From NCBI GenBank assembly GCA_963758295.1, contig CAVWUU010000001.1, positions 416,001 to 480,000 of the forward strand: a DNA stretch of 64,000 bases, read 5' to 3'. Origin of the DNA: Candidatus Eremiobacteria bacterium. Its GTDB lineage: Bacteria > Vulcanimicrobiota > Vulcanimicrobiia > Vulcanimicrobiales > Vulcanimicrobiaceae. The position numbers were made by a program, and so were the translations under genes. Positions 1 to 8,768 of the stretch are shown in pieces. The notes beneath the pieces are model-generated. The model searched no databases and was not told where the DNA came from. It saw nothing but the letters and a program-made list of their open reading frames with translations. Numbering within the stretch: position 1 is the stretch's first letter; every line of letters starts with the position of its first letter.

Positions 1-98
1 CCGTAGTGCCAATGCCCGCGCTTATTGCACCGGTTGATTCAATCATCGAAATGCCGCACGTCAAAGCAACATCTTCCTTTTCTTGGAGGAGGCACTTC

Positions 99-1166
99 GT
101 GCGTTCATCTCAGTTTCGACGTAATGTTCTTACCGTTGTTTCGGTTTTTTTGTTGAGTTCCGCGCTTTCGGCCTGCGGTGGCGGCGGCGCTTCCAATTCC
201 GGTACGCTTCCGACCACCGAGCAGCCGCAGAGTGTGGGCAATGATTCCGTAGTAACGCCGAGCGCCATTACGGCGACCGGCTCGACAATCCACGTCACCA
301 GCGCGGACAAGCTGGCAGTCAAAACCGCAAAGGCCGGCAAGGCGCACGACTATGCGCCGCTTGCGGGAAGCAACAAGCTTCGTCCGCAGTCCATCGTGTA
401 TCCGGGAGATCTTCAGTATTACGGCGGGAAGGTTCTTACTACCGCCAGAGTGTTTAACGCGTTCATCAACAGCACGCCCGGTGCATTCGGCGATCCGAAA
501 GGTTTTGAGGAACACTTCAGCTACAGCAACATGATCCACATCATGGATCAATACGTCGGCGTGACGACGAACAACCGGTACGATTGGGCGGGCGACGTGG
601 GCGTTTCCTACAGCACTATCACGACGCTCGGCGACAACGATTTACTTTCGATCGTGCATGCCGTGGCCAAAGCCGAGGGCGGCGCCGGCTACCATCGCAT
701 TTTCCATATCTTTTTGCCGAAGGGCGAGAATTATTGCAGCACGGGTACAATTCTGCCGCTTGGCGCCTGCAACGCCTCGGTCACGAGTCCTAATCCGGCA
801 TTCTGCGCGTTCCACGACTCGGTCGTTTTCAGCGATCTCGGCGAGACGATCTTTACGTTCGAGCCATATCAAGATTTGAACTTCTGCAATGTCAACAGTG
901 GCGGAAATCCCAGCGCTCCCACGCCGAACGGCATCCAGAACGACAGTACGTATTCGACGCTATCGCATGAGACATCCGAGGCGATAACCGATCCGGATCC
1001 TTTTATTCCGGGCCTTGCCTGGTACGACAACAATGTCGGAGTCAACGGCGAGATCGGCGATCTTTGCGCCTATCTCTCGGCAACGACAAATCTAGACGGC
1101 AAGCTTTACAAGATCCAACGCGAGTACTCTAACCACGTGCACGGGTGCGACAACGCTTATCCGTAG
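99..1166 (+). CDS. Lipoprotein with Phi-1/EXORDIUM-like domain
   Basis: GGAGG RBS before GTG at 99 (ORF track starts at 6); lipobox LSAC-GGGG; motifs YYGGKVL, FCAFH, SHETSEAITDP and GEIGDLC recognised as Phi-1-like. Confidence 0.7.
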   Translation: MRSSQFRRNVLTVVSVFLLSSALSACGGGGASNSGTLPTTEQPQSVGNDSVVTPSAITATGSTIHVTSADKLAVKTAKAGKAHDYAPLAGSNKLRPQSIVYPGDLQYYGGKVLTTARVFNAFINSTPGAFGDPKGFEEHFSYSNMIHIMDQYVGVTTNNRYDWAGDVGVSYSTITTLGDNDLLSIVHAVAKAEGGAGYHRIFHIFLPKGENYCSTGTILPLGACNASVTSPNPAFCAFHDSVVFSDLGETIFTFEPYQDLNFCNVNSGGNPSAPTPNGIQNDSTYSTLSHETSEAITDPDPFIPGLAWYDNNVGVNGEIGDLCAYLSATTNLDGKLYKIQREYSNHVHGCDNAYP

Positions 1167-1188
1167 GACACGACGGGCGAAATAGCAA

Positions 1189-1228
1189 AGCGCCGCCGCC
1201 GGCATTAGCTTGCGTCGGCGCTCCTTTT
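1189..1228 (+). terminator. Possible intrinsic terminator between convergent genes
   Basis: Stem AGCGCCGCCGC/GCGTCGGCGCT with one mismatch, followed by CCTTTT. Confidence 0.4.
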
Positions 1229-1243
1229 AAGACTCTTGCCTTG

Positions 1244-1909
1244 CTATCGCGCTTCGACGGGCATCGGGTCGATACGGAAAAGCTCGACGAAACGCTGCAG
1301 GAGTTTGGCATTCCCGCTAACCCGTACGCTACCGTTCGCAACCGCAGCTTTCGGCGTAATTTCGGCGGCCATCAGCGCTTTGAGTGCCGTCCCCGCTTCA
1401 ACCGTTAAATCGGCGCCGGGCAATTCGCCTTCACCCGCTTGCAGTTCGCCATCGTCGATTCGCGCGTGGAGAATCGTCGCGCCGAAACGCAGTTCGAACC
1501 CGGCGTGCAACCCGCGTGCGGCCTCGCGCCGGAACGTCGAACGCAGCGCCATGACGAGGGAATCCGGCGTAGCGATTTCCTCGGGCCTCGGTTCCCCAAG
1601 CGACTTCGCGCCCCAGCGTCCCAAATACACGACCGGCTCTTCCAGTTCGGCGCCGTATTGGGTCAACTCGTAGACGATAGAGGTGGCCGGGCGGGGCAGA
1701 ATGCGGCGGCGCACGATGCCTGCCTGTTCCAGCTCTTTCAGTCTTGCCGTGAGCACGTTGGTGGGAATTCCGCAGAGGCCCCGGTGAAGATCGGTGAAGC
1801 GTTTAGGGCCCACGAGCAGATCGCGCACGATCAGGAGTGACCACCGCTCTCCCACCAGCTCGAGAGCGCGCGATAATCCGCAAAACTGGCCATAGGCTCG
1901 CCTCGGCAT
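1244..1909 (-). CDS. HxlR-family winged-helix regulator with C-terminal SCP2-like domain
   Basis: YGQFCGLSRALELVGERWSLLIVRDLL...RFTDL...YELT; C-terminal SCP2-like AVANGSVRVSG. Confidence 0.9.
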   Translation of the reverse strand: MPRRAYGQFCGLSRALELVGERWSLLIVRDLLVGPKRFTDLHRGLCGIPTNVLTARLKELEQAGIVRRRILPRPATSIVYELTQYGAELEEPVVYLGRWGAKSLGEPRPEEIATPDSLVMALRSTFRREAARGLHAGFELRFGATILHARIDDGELQAGEGELPGADLTVEAGTALKALMAAEITPKAAVANGSVRVSGNAKLLQRFVELFRIDPMPVEAR

Positions 1910-1970
1910 GGTTATGTTATATCATGCTTTTCTGAACGCATGATGCTTGCTCAGAGAAAGTGACCGCGAA

Positions 1971-2246
1971 ATGTGCCGTAACATCCGCCCCTTGTTCAAT
2001 TTCGATCCGCCTGCGTCAAACGACGAGATACATTCGGCGTCCGTCCAGTTCGTGAGAAAGCTCTCCGGTTTCACAAAGCCTTCGCACGCCAACGAAGACG
2101 CGTTCGATCGCGCCGTAGAAGAAATTGCCGAAGCTGCGCGACGGCTAATCGATTCCCTCGTAACGTCCGCCGAGCCGCGCGACCGTGCCGAAGTTGCGGC
2201 ACGAGCAAAAGCTCGCTCCGCAGAACGCTTCGCAAAAACCAGTTGA
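1971..2246 (+). CDS. DUF2277 family protein
   Basis: MCRNIRPLFNFDPPA...ASVQFVRKLSGF..PS.AN signature. Confidence 0.85.
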   Translation: MCRNIRPLFNFDPPASNDEIHSASVQFVRKLSGFTKPSHANEDAFDRAVEEIAEAARRLIDSLVTSAEPRDRAEVAARAKARSAERFAKTS

Positions 2247-2314
2247 GCCTACGTACAACTTTAGCGGCGGTAAGGGAACCGTAAAACCCCGGTAATCCGC
2301 CATACCCACTGACC

Positions 2315-3316
2315 GTGCGCTGCCTTTACGATGGGGGCGTGGAGAATCGTATCGCCGGGATTCCGTACGTTGAGATCCTGCGTGGGGCGGTCGTAGAGTC
2401 GGTTCACGACGTGGCGGCATATGCATTGGGTCGCAACGGGCAGCCGATTCTCGACGTCGGCGCAACGACGGTACCGGTTTACTTGCGATCGGCGGCCAAG
2501 CCGTTCATCGCGGCGGCCGCGGTGATGGCCGGAGTGTTGGAACGCTTCGGGATCACGCAGCGCGAGCTTGCGCTAATGACCGCCTCGCACGAGGCCGAGC
2601 CGTTTCACATCGAAGGCGTGCGCTCCATCCTGCGCAAGATCGGCTTGGACGAAAGCGCACTGCAGTGCGGCCCGGAGCCGCCGTTTACCGAGCCGATAAC
2701 CAATAATTGCTCCGGGAAGCACGCCGGCATTCTTGCACTGTGCCTGGCAATCGGCGCCGATCCGGCGACCTATCGCGACGCAGCGAATCCTGCTCAACAA
2801 CGGATCCTGCGATTTTGCGCTGCCCTGGCCGACCAGCCGTTCGACGCAATGGAAATCGGTATCGACGGATGCGGCATTCCGGTCTACGCGATTGCTTTGA
2901 AGAATGCTGCGCTCGCATACCGGCGGCTAGCTACGCTTGACGTTCCGGACCCGGCCGCCGCTGACGCGTTGCGGCAAGTTCGCGACGCTATGATCGCGTA
3001 TCCGGAGTATATGTCCGGAACCGGTGTATTTGATGCGGAGTTGATTCACGCCGCAGACGGCGCGCTCGTTTGTAAAGGCGGCGCAGAAGGCGTTCTCGGT
3101 GTAGCGTTGATAGAACGGGGCGAAGGGTTGGTGATCAAAGTGATCGACGGACACGAGCGGGCGCGGCCTCCTGCGGCTCTTCACGCACTGCGCTTTGTGG
3201 GTGCTCTCAACGAATCGCACCTGGCCCACTTAGAGACCTTTGCAAATCCGGTGTTACGAAATAAATCCGGAATGGTGGTCGGCAAAATTCGAGCGATCGA
3301 GAATTCCAACGCATGA
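2315..3316 (+). CDS. L-asparaginase II (Rhizobium etli-type family)
   Basis: RSAAKP, NNCSGKHAG, DGCG and KGGAEG motifs; start may be the GTG at 2339. Confidence 0.9.
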   Translation: MRCLYDGGVENRIAGIPYVEILRGAVVESVHDVAAYALGRNGQPILDVGATTVPVYLRSAAKPFIAAAAVMAGVLERFGITQRELALMTASHEAEPFHIEGVRSILRKIGLDESALQCGPEPPFTEPITNNCSGKHAGILALCLAIGADPATYRDAANPAQQRILRFCAALADQPFDAMEIGIDGCGIPVYAIALKNAALAYRRLATLDVPDPAAADALRQVRDAMIAYPEYMSGTGVFDAELIHAADGALVCKGGAEGVLGVALIERGEGLVIKVIDGHERARPPAALHALRFVGALNESHLAHLETFANPVLRNKSGMVVGKIRAIENSNA

Positions 3317-5898
3317 AGTTCAAAGTTCTGCTTGCATGCGGGATGCTATTAGCCTGCGTGGCGTGTTCGCGCCCGGCTGCGCCATCCGGGTCGCTCTCCA
3401 TCGCGCAACAGTGGTCGCCGCGATCTTTGAACCCCGCGTTGGAAAACGGCACCTCGTCGATGGAATGGTCGATGCTGATCTTCTCGTACCTGGTAAAGTT
3501 TGACGATGAAGGGCGCCTGATTCCCGATTTGGCGACGGAGGTGCCGACGCTGCAAAACGGCGGCATCAGCGCCGACGGAAAAACGATTGTCTATCATATT
3601 CGCAAAGGCGTGCGCTTCGCGGACGGAACGCCGCTTACCGCGGCCGATTGCGCTTGGTCCATAGAGGCGATCAATAACCCGCGCAATCTCGTTCAAAGCC
3701 GCTTTGCTTATGACGACGTTGCGCGCGCCGAAGCACCCAACTCTTCGACGCTCGTCCTGCATTTGAAGCGCGCGTTTCCCCCGGTGATCGTCGTTGTCGG
3801 CGCCCCGCAAGGCTTTCCCATTTTGCCGAAGCACGTGCTGGAGAAGGAACCGGACTTCAATAACGTCGCGTTCAATCGGACGCCGTTCGGTTCAGGGCCG
3901 TATAAAGTCGTTCAATGGCTTCCCGGCGATCGCGTCGAGCTCAACGCCAATCCGTACTACTGGCACGGCGCTCCCGGCATTCCACATATTACGGTGCGTT
4001 TCGTTTCGAGCCCGCAGACCGCTATGAACATGCTTCGCACCCATGAGGTACAGAGCTACTTCGACGAGCAGGATTACGCGAACTATTCGCTCTTGAAAGC
4101 GATTCCCGGATATCACGTAACGAGTACTCAGCAAAACGCCGTTGGTGCGCTGATCTTTAACACGACCGACGCAATAACGGGTGACGCGCGAGTGCGACAC
4201 GCGTTGGCCGAGGCCATCGACATCCGAAGCGCCATCCAAAGAGTTTATCGCGGAGCCTTGCAGTCGCATGAAGCGGGCGCGGGTCTTTTCTTGTGGGCAT
4301 TCGATCCCAAAGCCTATCCCGATGTTCCGTACGATCCGGCCGGAGCCAGAAAACTGCTCCGCGACGCCGGGTGGCAGAGCGGCCCGGACGGCATCTTGCG
4401 CAAGAACGGAAAGCCGCTGGACGTGCTGTTGATTCTTCAGGCGGCAACTCCGGGCGACGCTTCGCTTGCGAGTCTCATCATGCAATACGAGCGCGCCGTC
4501 GGCGTGAGAGTAACGCTCAAGGAAATCAATATCACGCAATTCGTTGCACCGGCAAATGAGGGCGGTCCGGTTTACGGCGGCAAATTCCAAATAGCGCTCT
4601 ACTCCTTTCAAAACGGCGACGATCCGGATACGACAGACCAGTTTGCATGCGCGAACGTTCCGCCGGGCGGCTACAATAAGTCCAGATTCTGCGACCGAAA
4701 GGCCGACGCGCTGCTGGCACAAGGCCTATCGACGTACGATCCGGCCAAGCGCAAAGCGATTTATTCGCAGTTGCAGCGTGTGCTGTACGATCGCATGCCG
4801 ATTGCCCTGATTTACCGGCGCACGGAGCTCAATACGTTTCCAGACCGGCTCGAAGGACAAACCACGTCACTATCGGGGGCCTTCTGGAACGTGGCCGCGT
4901 GGCACTGGTGCGCGCCGAAGGTATGGCCGGCGCTTGGGCAGCCTTCCGCGGCGCAGACGTTGCACGGACCGGTTTTAGTGCTGCAGGGCGGCGGCAGCGA
5001 CATCGACGCGCAATTCCGCCGCATGCACGACATGCTTGCGCCGAATGCTTCGAAACCGGCACTCAACGTCGTCGTGCTAACCGCGCATACGGATCTCAAC
5101 GACTACACGTCTTATATCCAACCGCTCGGACCGTTTGCGTCGGTACAAACGATCGGCATTCCGTCGTGCGTCACACCCGATCAGTTGGATTCGCTCGTTC
5201 CGATTATCGACAAAGCGGACGCGGTATTCTTCGGCGGCGGCGACCAGGCTAATTACGTTTGGTGGAAAGGCTCAAAGTTTGCCGCTGCGTTGCAACGTTT
5301 GTGGATCCGGGACGGCGCTATCGGCGGTACGAGCGCCGGATTAGCGGTGCAGGGCCAGTATGTCTACGATTCGGTAGCGGCGGACCGCCTCCACGAGGAC
5401 GATCCCGACTATAACGTTACGACGGCCAATGCGGTGCGCAATCCATACGAGCCGGAGATCAGTTTCACAACGGGATTCCTCTCGTGGCCCCCGTTGCGCA
5501 ATACCATCACGGACACCCACTTTGCGCGGCGCGATCGGTTCGGACGCACCGTCGTCTTTTTGGCGCGGCTCGAGAGCGAAAACCACCTGCCTACCGGAAC
5601 GATCACCGCACTTGCCGTCGACGAACGCAGTTCCATCGTCGTGAATCGAGACGGCGCCGGAATCTTGCTGAAGCACGTAGGCGCCGGCTATCAATCGAAG
5701 GGCGTGTATCTCGTGCGCTTGCTTTCCGTGAAACGCCTCGAGCGCGGAAAACCGTTGCTCGCCACAGTCCAAGTTTTCCATATCGCAAACGCCGGGGCAA
5801 AAATAAACCTCAAAACGAAAGACGGTGACGGCGTACGATATACCGTGACCGTCGACGGGTCGAAAGCAAATCCTTATAGCCGCAACCCGTATCACTGA
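3313..5898 (+). CDS. Peptide ABC substrate-binding lipoprotein (family 5) fused to a cyanophycinase-like (peptidase S51) domain
   Basis: Lipobox CVAC; SBP motifs PDLATEVPT..NGGIS.DGKT and GSGPYKV up to FWNVAAW; then GGGDQ, GGTSAG, DTHF..RDRFGR and AVDE; ATGA overlap with the upstream gene. Confidence 0.85.
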   Translation: MKFKVLLACGMLLACVACSRPAAPSGSLSIAQQWSPRSLNPALENGTSSMEWSMLIFSYLVKFDDEGRLIPDLATEVPTLQNGGISADGKTIVYHIRKGVRFADGTPLTAADCAWSIEAINNPRNLVQSRFAYDDVARAEAPNSSTLVLHLKRAFPPVIVVVGAPQGFPILPKHVLEKEPDFNNVAFNRTPFGSGPYKVVQWLPGDRVELNANPYYWHGAPGIPHITVRFVSSPQTAMNMLRTHEVQSYFDEQDYANYSLLKAIPGYHVTSTQQNAVGALIFNTTDAITGDARVRHALAEAIDIRSAIQRVYRGALQSHEAGAGLFLWAFDPKAYPDVPYDPAGARKLLRDAGWQSGPDGILRKNGKPLDVLLILQAATPGDASLASLIMQYERAVGVRVTLKEINITQFVAPANEGGPVYGGKFQIALYSFQNGDDPDTTDQFACANVPPGGYNKSRFCDRKADALLAQGLSTYDPAKRKAIYSQLQRVLYDRMPIALIYRRTELNTFPDRLEGQTTSLSGAFWNVAAWHWCAPKVWPALGQPSAAQTLHGPVLVLQGGGSDIDAQFRRMHDMLAPNASKPALNVVVLTAHTDLNDYTSYIQPLGPFASVQTIGIPSCVTPDQLDSLVPIIDKADAVFFGGGDQANYVWWKGSKFAAALQRLWIRDGAIGGTSAGLAVQGQYVYDSVAADRLHEDDPDYNVTTANAVRNPYEPEISFTTGFLSWPPLRNTITDTHFARRDRFGRTVVFLARLESENHLPTGTITALAVDERSSIVVNRDGAGILLKHVGAGYQSKGVYLVRLLSVKRLERGKPLLATVQVFHIANAGAKINLKTKDGDGVRYTVTVDGSKANPYSRNPYH

Positions 5899-5941
5899 GA
5901 GCCGCTTCGGGACAAGGGACGGCCCCGACCAGCGCGCAAGC

Positions 5942-8680
5942 ATGGCAACACGAATGATTTCGTCGGCGATCGTCAGCAATGAGTTCGTCGGGCGCCATGA
6001 AGAACTCGAGGTCCTTGAGGAAGAGTTTCGTTTGGCGAACGACGGCCGTGTCCGTTTCGTCCTCGTCGAAGGCGAGGCGGGCATCGGCAAGTCGCGTCTC
6101 CTGCGCGAGTTTGCCGCTCGCATAGAGAAGAACGCGCTCGTCTCTTTCGGCCACTCGTCCGAGCAGATTCGCCGGCCGTATTTGCCGCTGCAACCGCTGA
6201 TGGAAACCATTTCGCGGCACCGGCTCGCGCCAAAACCGAGCGAGCGGGCCTTCAGTGCTGAAGAGAAAGCCGCATACTTCGAGGCTTTCGCCGCAGCGAT
6301 TCAGCGCGAGTCGACGCGCCGTCCGGTTTTTGCCGTGCTTGAGGATGCGCAGTGGGCCGACGAAGCGTCGCTCGAATTGTTGCGGTATCTGGCGGCATCG
6401 CTGCACGGCGGCCGGCTATTGTTGGCCATTTCCCTTCGAACCGCCGACGTGATGATTAACGCCGCGCTCGCCTCTCTGCGCCTCTCGATGGCTCGGGCTC
6501 GCGCTACGACCATTTCGCTGCACGGTCTGCGTCGCACGGAGATGCGAAATCTGGTGCGCGAGCTGGTTCGTGCGCGCGACGCGCAATTGCAGCCCGATCT
6601 GCTTTCGCAAATAGAACATCTTTCCGAAGGCAATCCGTTCTTCGCCGAAGAGCTCACGCGTATGGCATTGGAAAGCGGCGAGTTGGCCTTCCGGGAAAAC
6701 ATGCCGCTTTCGGTTCAGGCGACGCTCAGCGAACGTCTTGCGGCGTTTACGGAAGGCGAACGCGACATCCTCATACGTGCGGCGATCGCCGGTCAAACCT
6801 TCAGCAGCGATTTCGTTGCGACGGTAGCGGAAGTTCCGGAAGGCGAGGTACTCGCGGCCGTTCAGCGAGCCGTTTCAACCGGCATCGTCGTTGCATCGGC
6901 GGATTCGCCGCAGCATTTTACGTTCCGCCATGCCCTGATTCGTCAAGCGCTGGCCGAGCAAGTCGTTGTGGCGTTGGCCGCGCCGCTGCACGTGCGTATT
7001 GCCGAAGCAATCGAGCACGAGCCCATGGCGGAGAACCGTGCGCCCGAGCTGGCCTACCACTACACGCAAGCTCGCGTTGCTGATAAAGCGCGTTTGTATA
7101 ACGAATTGGCCGGGAAGTCGGCGATGGACGTCTATGCCTACCGTGACGCGATTCGCTTTTACACAGCAGCTTTGAAGTGGGAGTACCCGCCGGGCCCAGC
7201 GCGTGCGGCGTTGTACGAGCGGATCGGGCAGCTGCTCTATATCGAAGGCATCGGTGAAGAGCCTGCCCGCTGGTTCGAGCGCTGTCGCAAAGAACATGCC
7301 TCGCTCGACGATCGCGCCGGCGTTGCGCATGCGTTGCTTTTGCTGGCGGATCAACGATGGGTCGACGCTCGTACCGGCCAAAGTCTACGCGACGCAGCCG
7401 ACGCCGCTTCGATTGCGTCGCAGCTCGACGCTGCGCCGCTCGCCGCGGAGGCAACGCTCTCGCGAGCGCGCTTTGCAATTACCCTTGGCGATGCGCCGGC
7501 GGCTTTGGAACATTTGGAAAACGTCTCCGCGATGCAAGACGGGTTCGGGCCCGCTACGCACGCGATGTTCTACGAAGTGCGCGCGGAAACGCGCGCCGCG
7601 CTTGGCGATTGCGCCGGTGCGCTTCGCGATTGCGAACGCGCATCGAAGCTTGCGGCGCAGACCGGATCGAGCGAATTGATCGCGCAGGTTGAGAATAACT
7701 GCGCGTTGGTCGCCGCCGACCTGGCCGAGCTGGATCGAGCCGAGCGACACCATCGAATCTCGATGAATGAGTCGCGGCGGACGGGCATGATGTGGCGCGT
7801 CGCGTACTGTGCTATGAACTACGCGCGCACGCTTGCGCTGAAAGGCCAATTAGCGGATGCCCGCGCTCTTGTGGCTGAAGCCTTGCGCTGCGGAGTGACC
7901 ACGGCGACCTTCAAGACGAAGGCGGCGAGCGTCGGCATTCCGATTGCCTTGGCGCTCAACGACCGGCAATTGCTTGAAGCGTGCGCCGACGAAGAAGCGA
8001 TGATCTACGCCGTACGCTCGGAAGAGATCCAGCGAATCGCCGCAGTGGCTGCCGCGTTCGCCGAACTTCGAAACGCGCAGGGTGCAGCGGGCGAAGCGAG
8101 GCGTATTCTTACCGAGGCGCTGCACGCAATTCCAAAGGGCCACAGAAGCGGCGGATTGTGGTTCCAAGCCGCTCAACTCGGAGGGACCGAAGAGATTCAA
8201 CGCGCAACGGCGATGTTGCGTGACTCGAGCGGCCGGCCACGCGTGCTGCGCGTTTCCATGCTGCTGTTGCAAGCACTGCGTTATCGCGAGACGGACGCCG
8301 AAAAGAGCCGGCGTCTGGCGAGGCTCGCGGCGCGTACTTATGGATCCATCGGGTTTCGTTGGCATGCCGCGTATTGCGAAGAATTGGCGGGTAATCAGGA
8401 AGCCGCCGAAACCGAGTATCGCGCGATGGGTGCCGTCCGCGATATCCAGCGATTAGCGGCGCAACGCCGGACTCGGCCGGAGCAGCGTCTCGATCTTACG
8501 GCTCGCCAGCGTCAGATTGCGGAATTAGTGGCGCGCGGTGAGACGAACCGTGAAATTGCCTCGGCGCTGCACATCAGCGAACACACCGTCGAGCACCATC
8601 TCTCGACGATCTTCACCAGAATCGGGATAAAGTCTCGCGCTCAGTTAAGCGCGTATGTCGCGGCAGAAATGACCGCCTGA
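5942..8680 (+). CDS. Large ATP-binding LuxR-family (LAL) regulator: AAA ATPase, helical repeats, LuxR HTH
   Basis: FVGR..EL, Walker A GEAGIGKS, LEDAQWAD, GNPFFAEE, FRHALIR; C-terminal LTARQRQIAELVARGETNREIA...TVEHH. Confidence 0.92.
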   Translation: MATRMISSAIVSNEFVGRHEELEVLEEEFRLANDGRVRFVLVEGEAGIGKSRLLREFAARIEKNALVSFGHSSEQIRRPYLPLQPLMETISRHRLAPKPSERAFSAEEKAAYFEAFAAAIQRESTRRPVFAVLEDAQWADEASLELLRYLAASLHGGRLLLAISLRTADVMINAALASLRLSMARARATTISLHGLRRTEMRNLVRELVRARDAQLQPDLLSQIEHLSEGNPFFAEELTRMALESGELAFRENMPLSVQATLSERLAAFTEGERDILIRAAIAGQTFSSDFVATVAEVPEGEVLAAVQRAVSTGIVVASADSPQHFTFRHALIRQALAEQVVVALAAPLHVRIAEAIEHEPMAENRAPELAYHYTQARVADKARLYNELAGKSAMDVYAYRDAIRFYTAALKWEYPPGPARAALYERIGQLLYIEGIGEEPARWFERCRKEHASLDDRAGVAHALLLLADQRWVDARTGQSLRDAADAASIASQLDAAPLAAEATLSRARFAITLGDAPAALEHLENVSAMQDGFGPATHAMFYEVRAETRAALGDCAGALRDCERASKLAAQTGSSELIAQVENNCALVAADLAELDRAERHHRISMNESRRTGMMWRVAYCAMNYARTLALKGQLADARALVAEALRCGVTTATFKTKAASVGIPIALALNDRQLLEACADEEAMIYAVRSEEIQRIAAVAAAFAELRNAQGAAGEARRILTEALHAIPKGHRSGGLWFQAAQLGGTEEIQRATAMLRDSSGRPRVLRVSMLLLQALRYRETDAEKSRRLARLAARTYGSIGFRWHAAYCEELAGNQEAAETEYRAMGAVRDIQRLAAQRRTRPEQRLDLTARQRQIAELVARGETNREIASALHISEHTVEHHLSTIFTRIGIKSRAQLSAYVAAEMTA

Positions 8681-8734
8681 CCGCCGATATGGCGGAAATC
8701 CAGGATACCTGGCGCCTTTCGCTCTTCCTATAAT
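8681..8734 (+). promoter_or_regulatory. Candidate activator-dependent promoter of the TonB-dependent receptor
   Basis: TATAAT at 8729-8734 with no good -35; two short inverted repeats upstream (CCGCC..GGCGG and CCAGG..CCTGG). Confidence 0.4.
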
Positions 8735-8768
8735 CGAGATAACTCCAGCTCGAGGAAATGGGGGCGGT

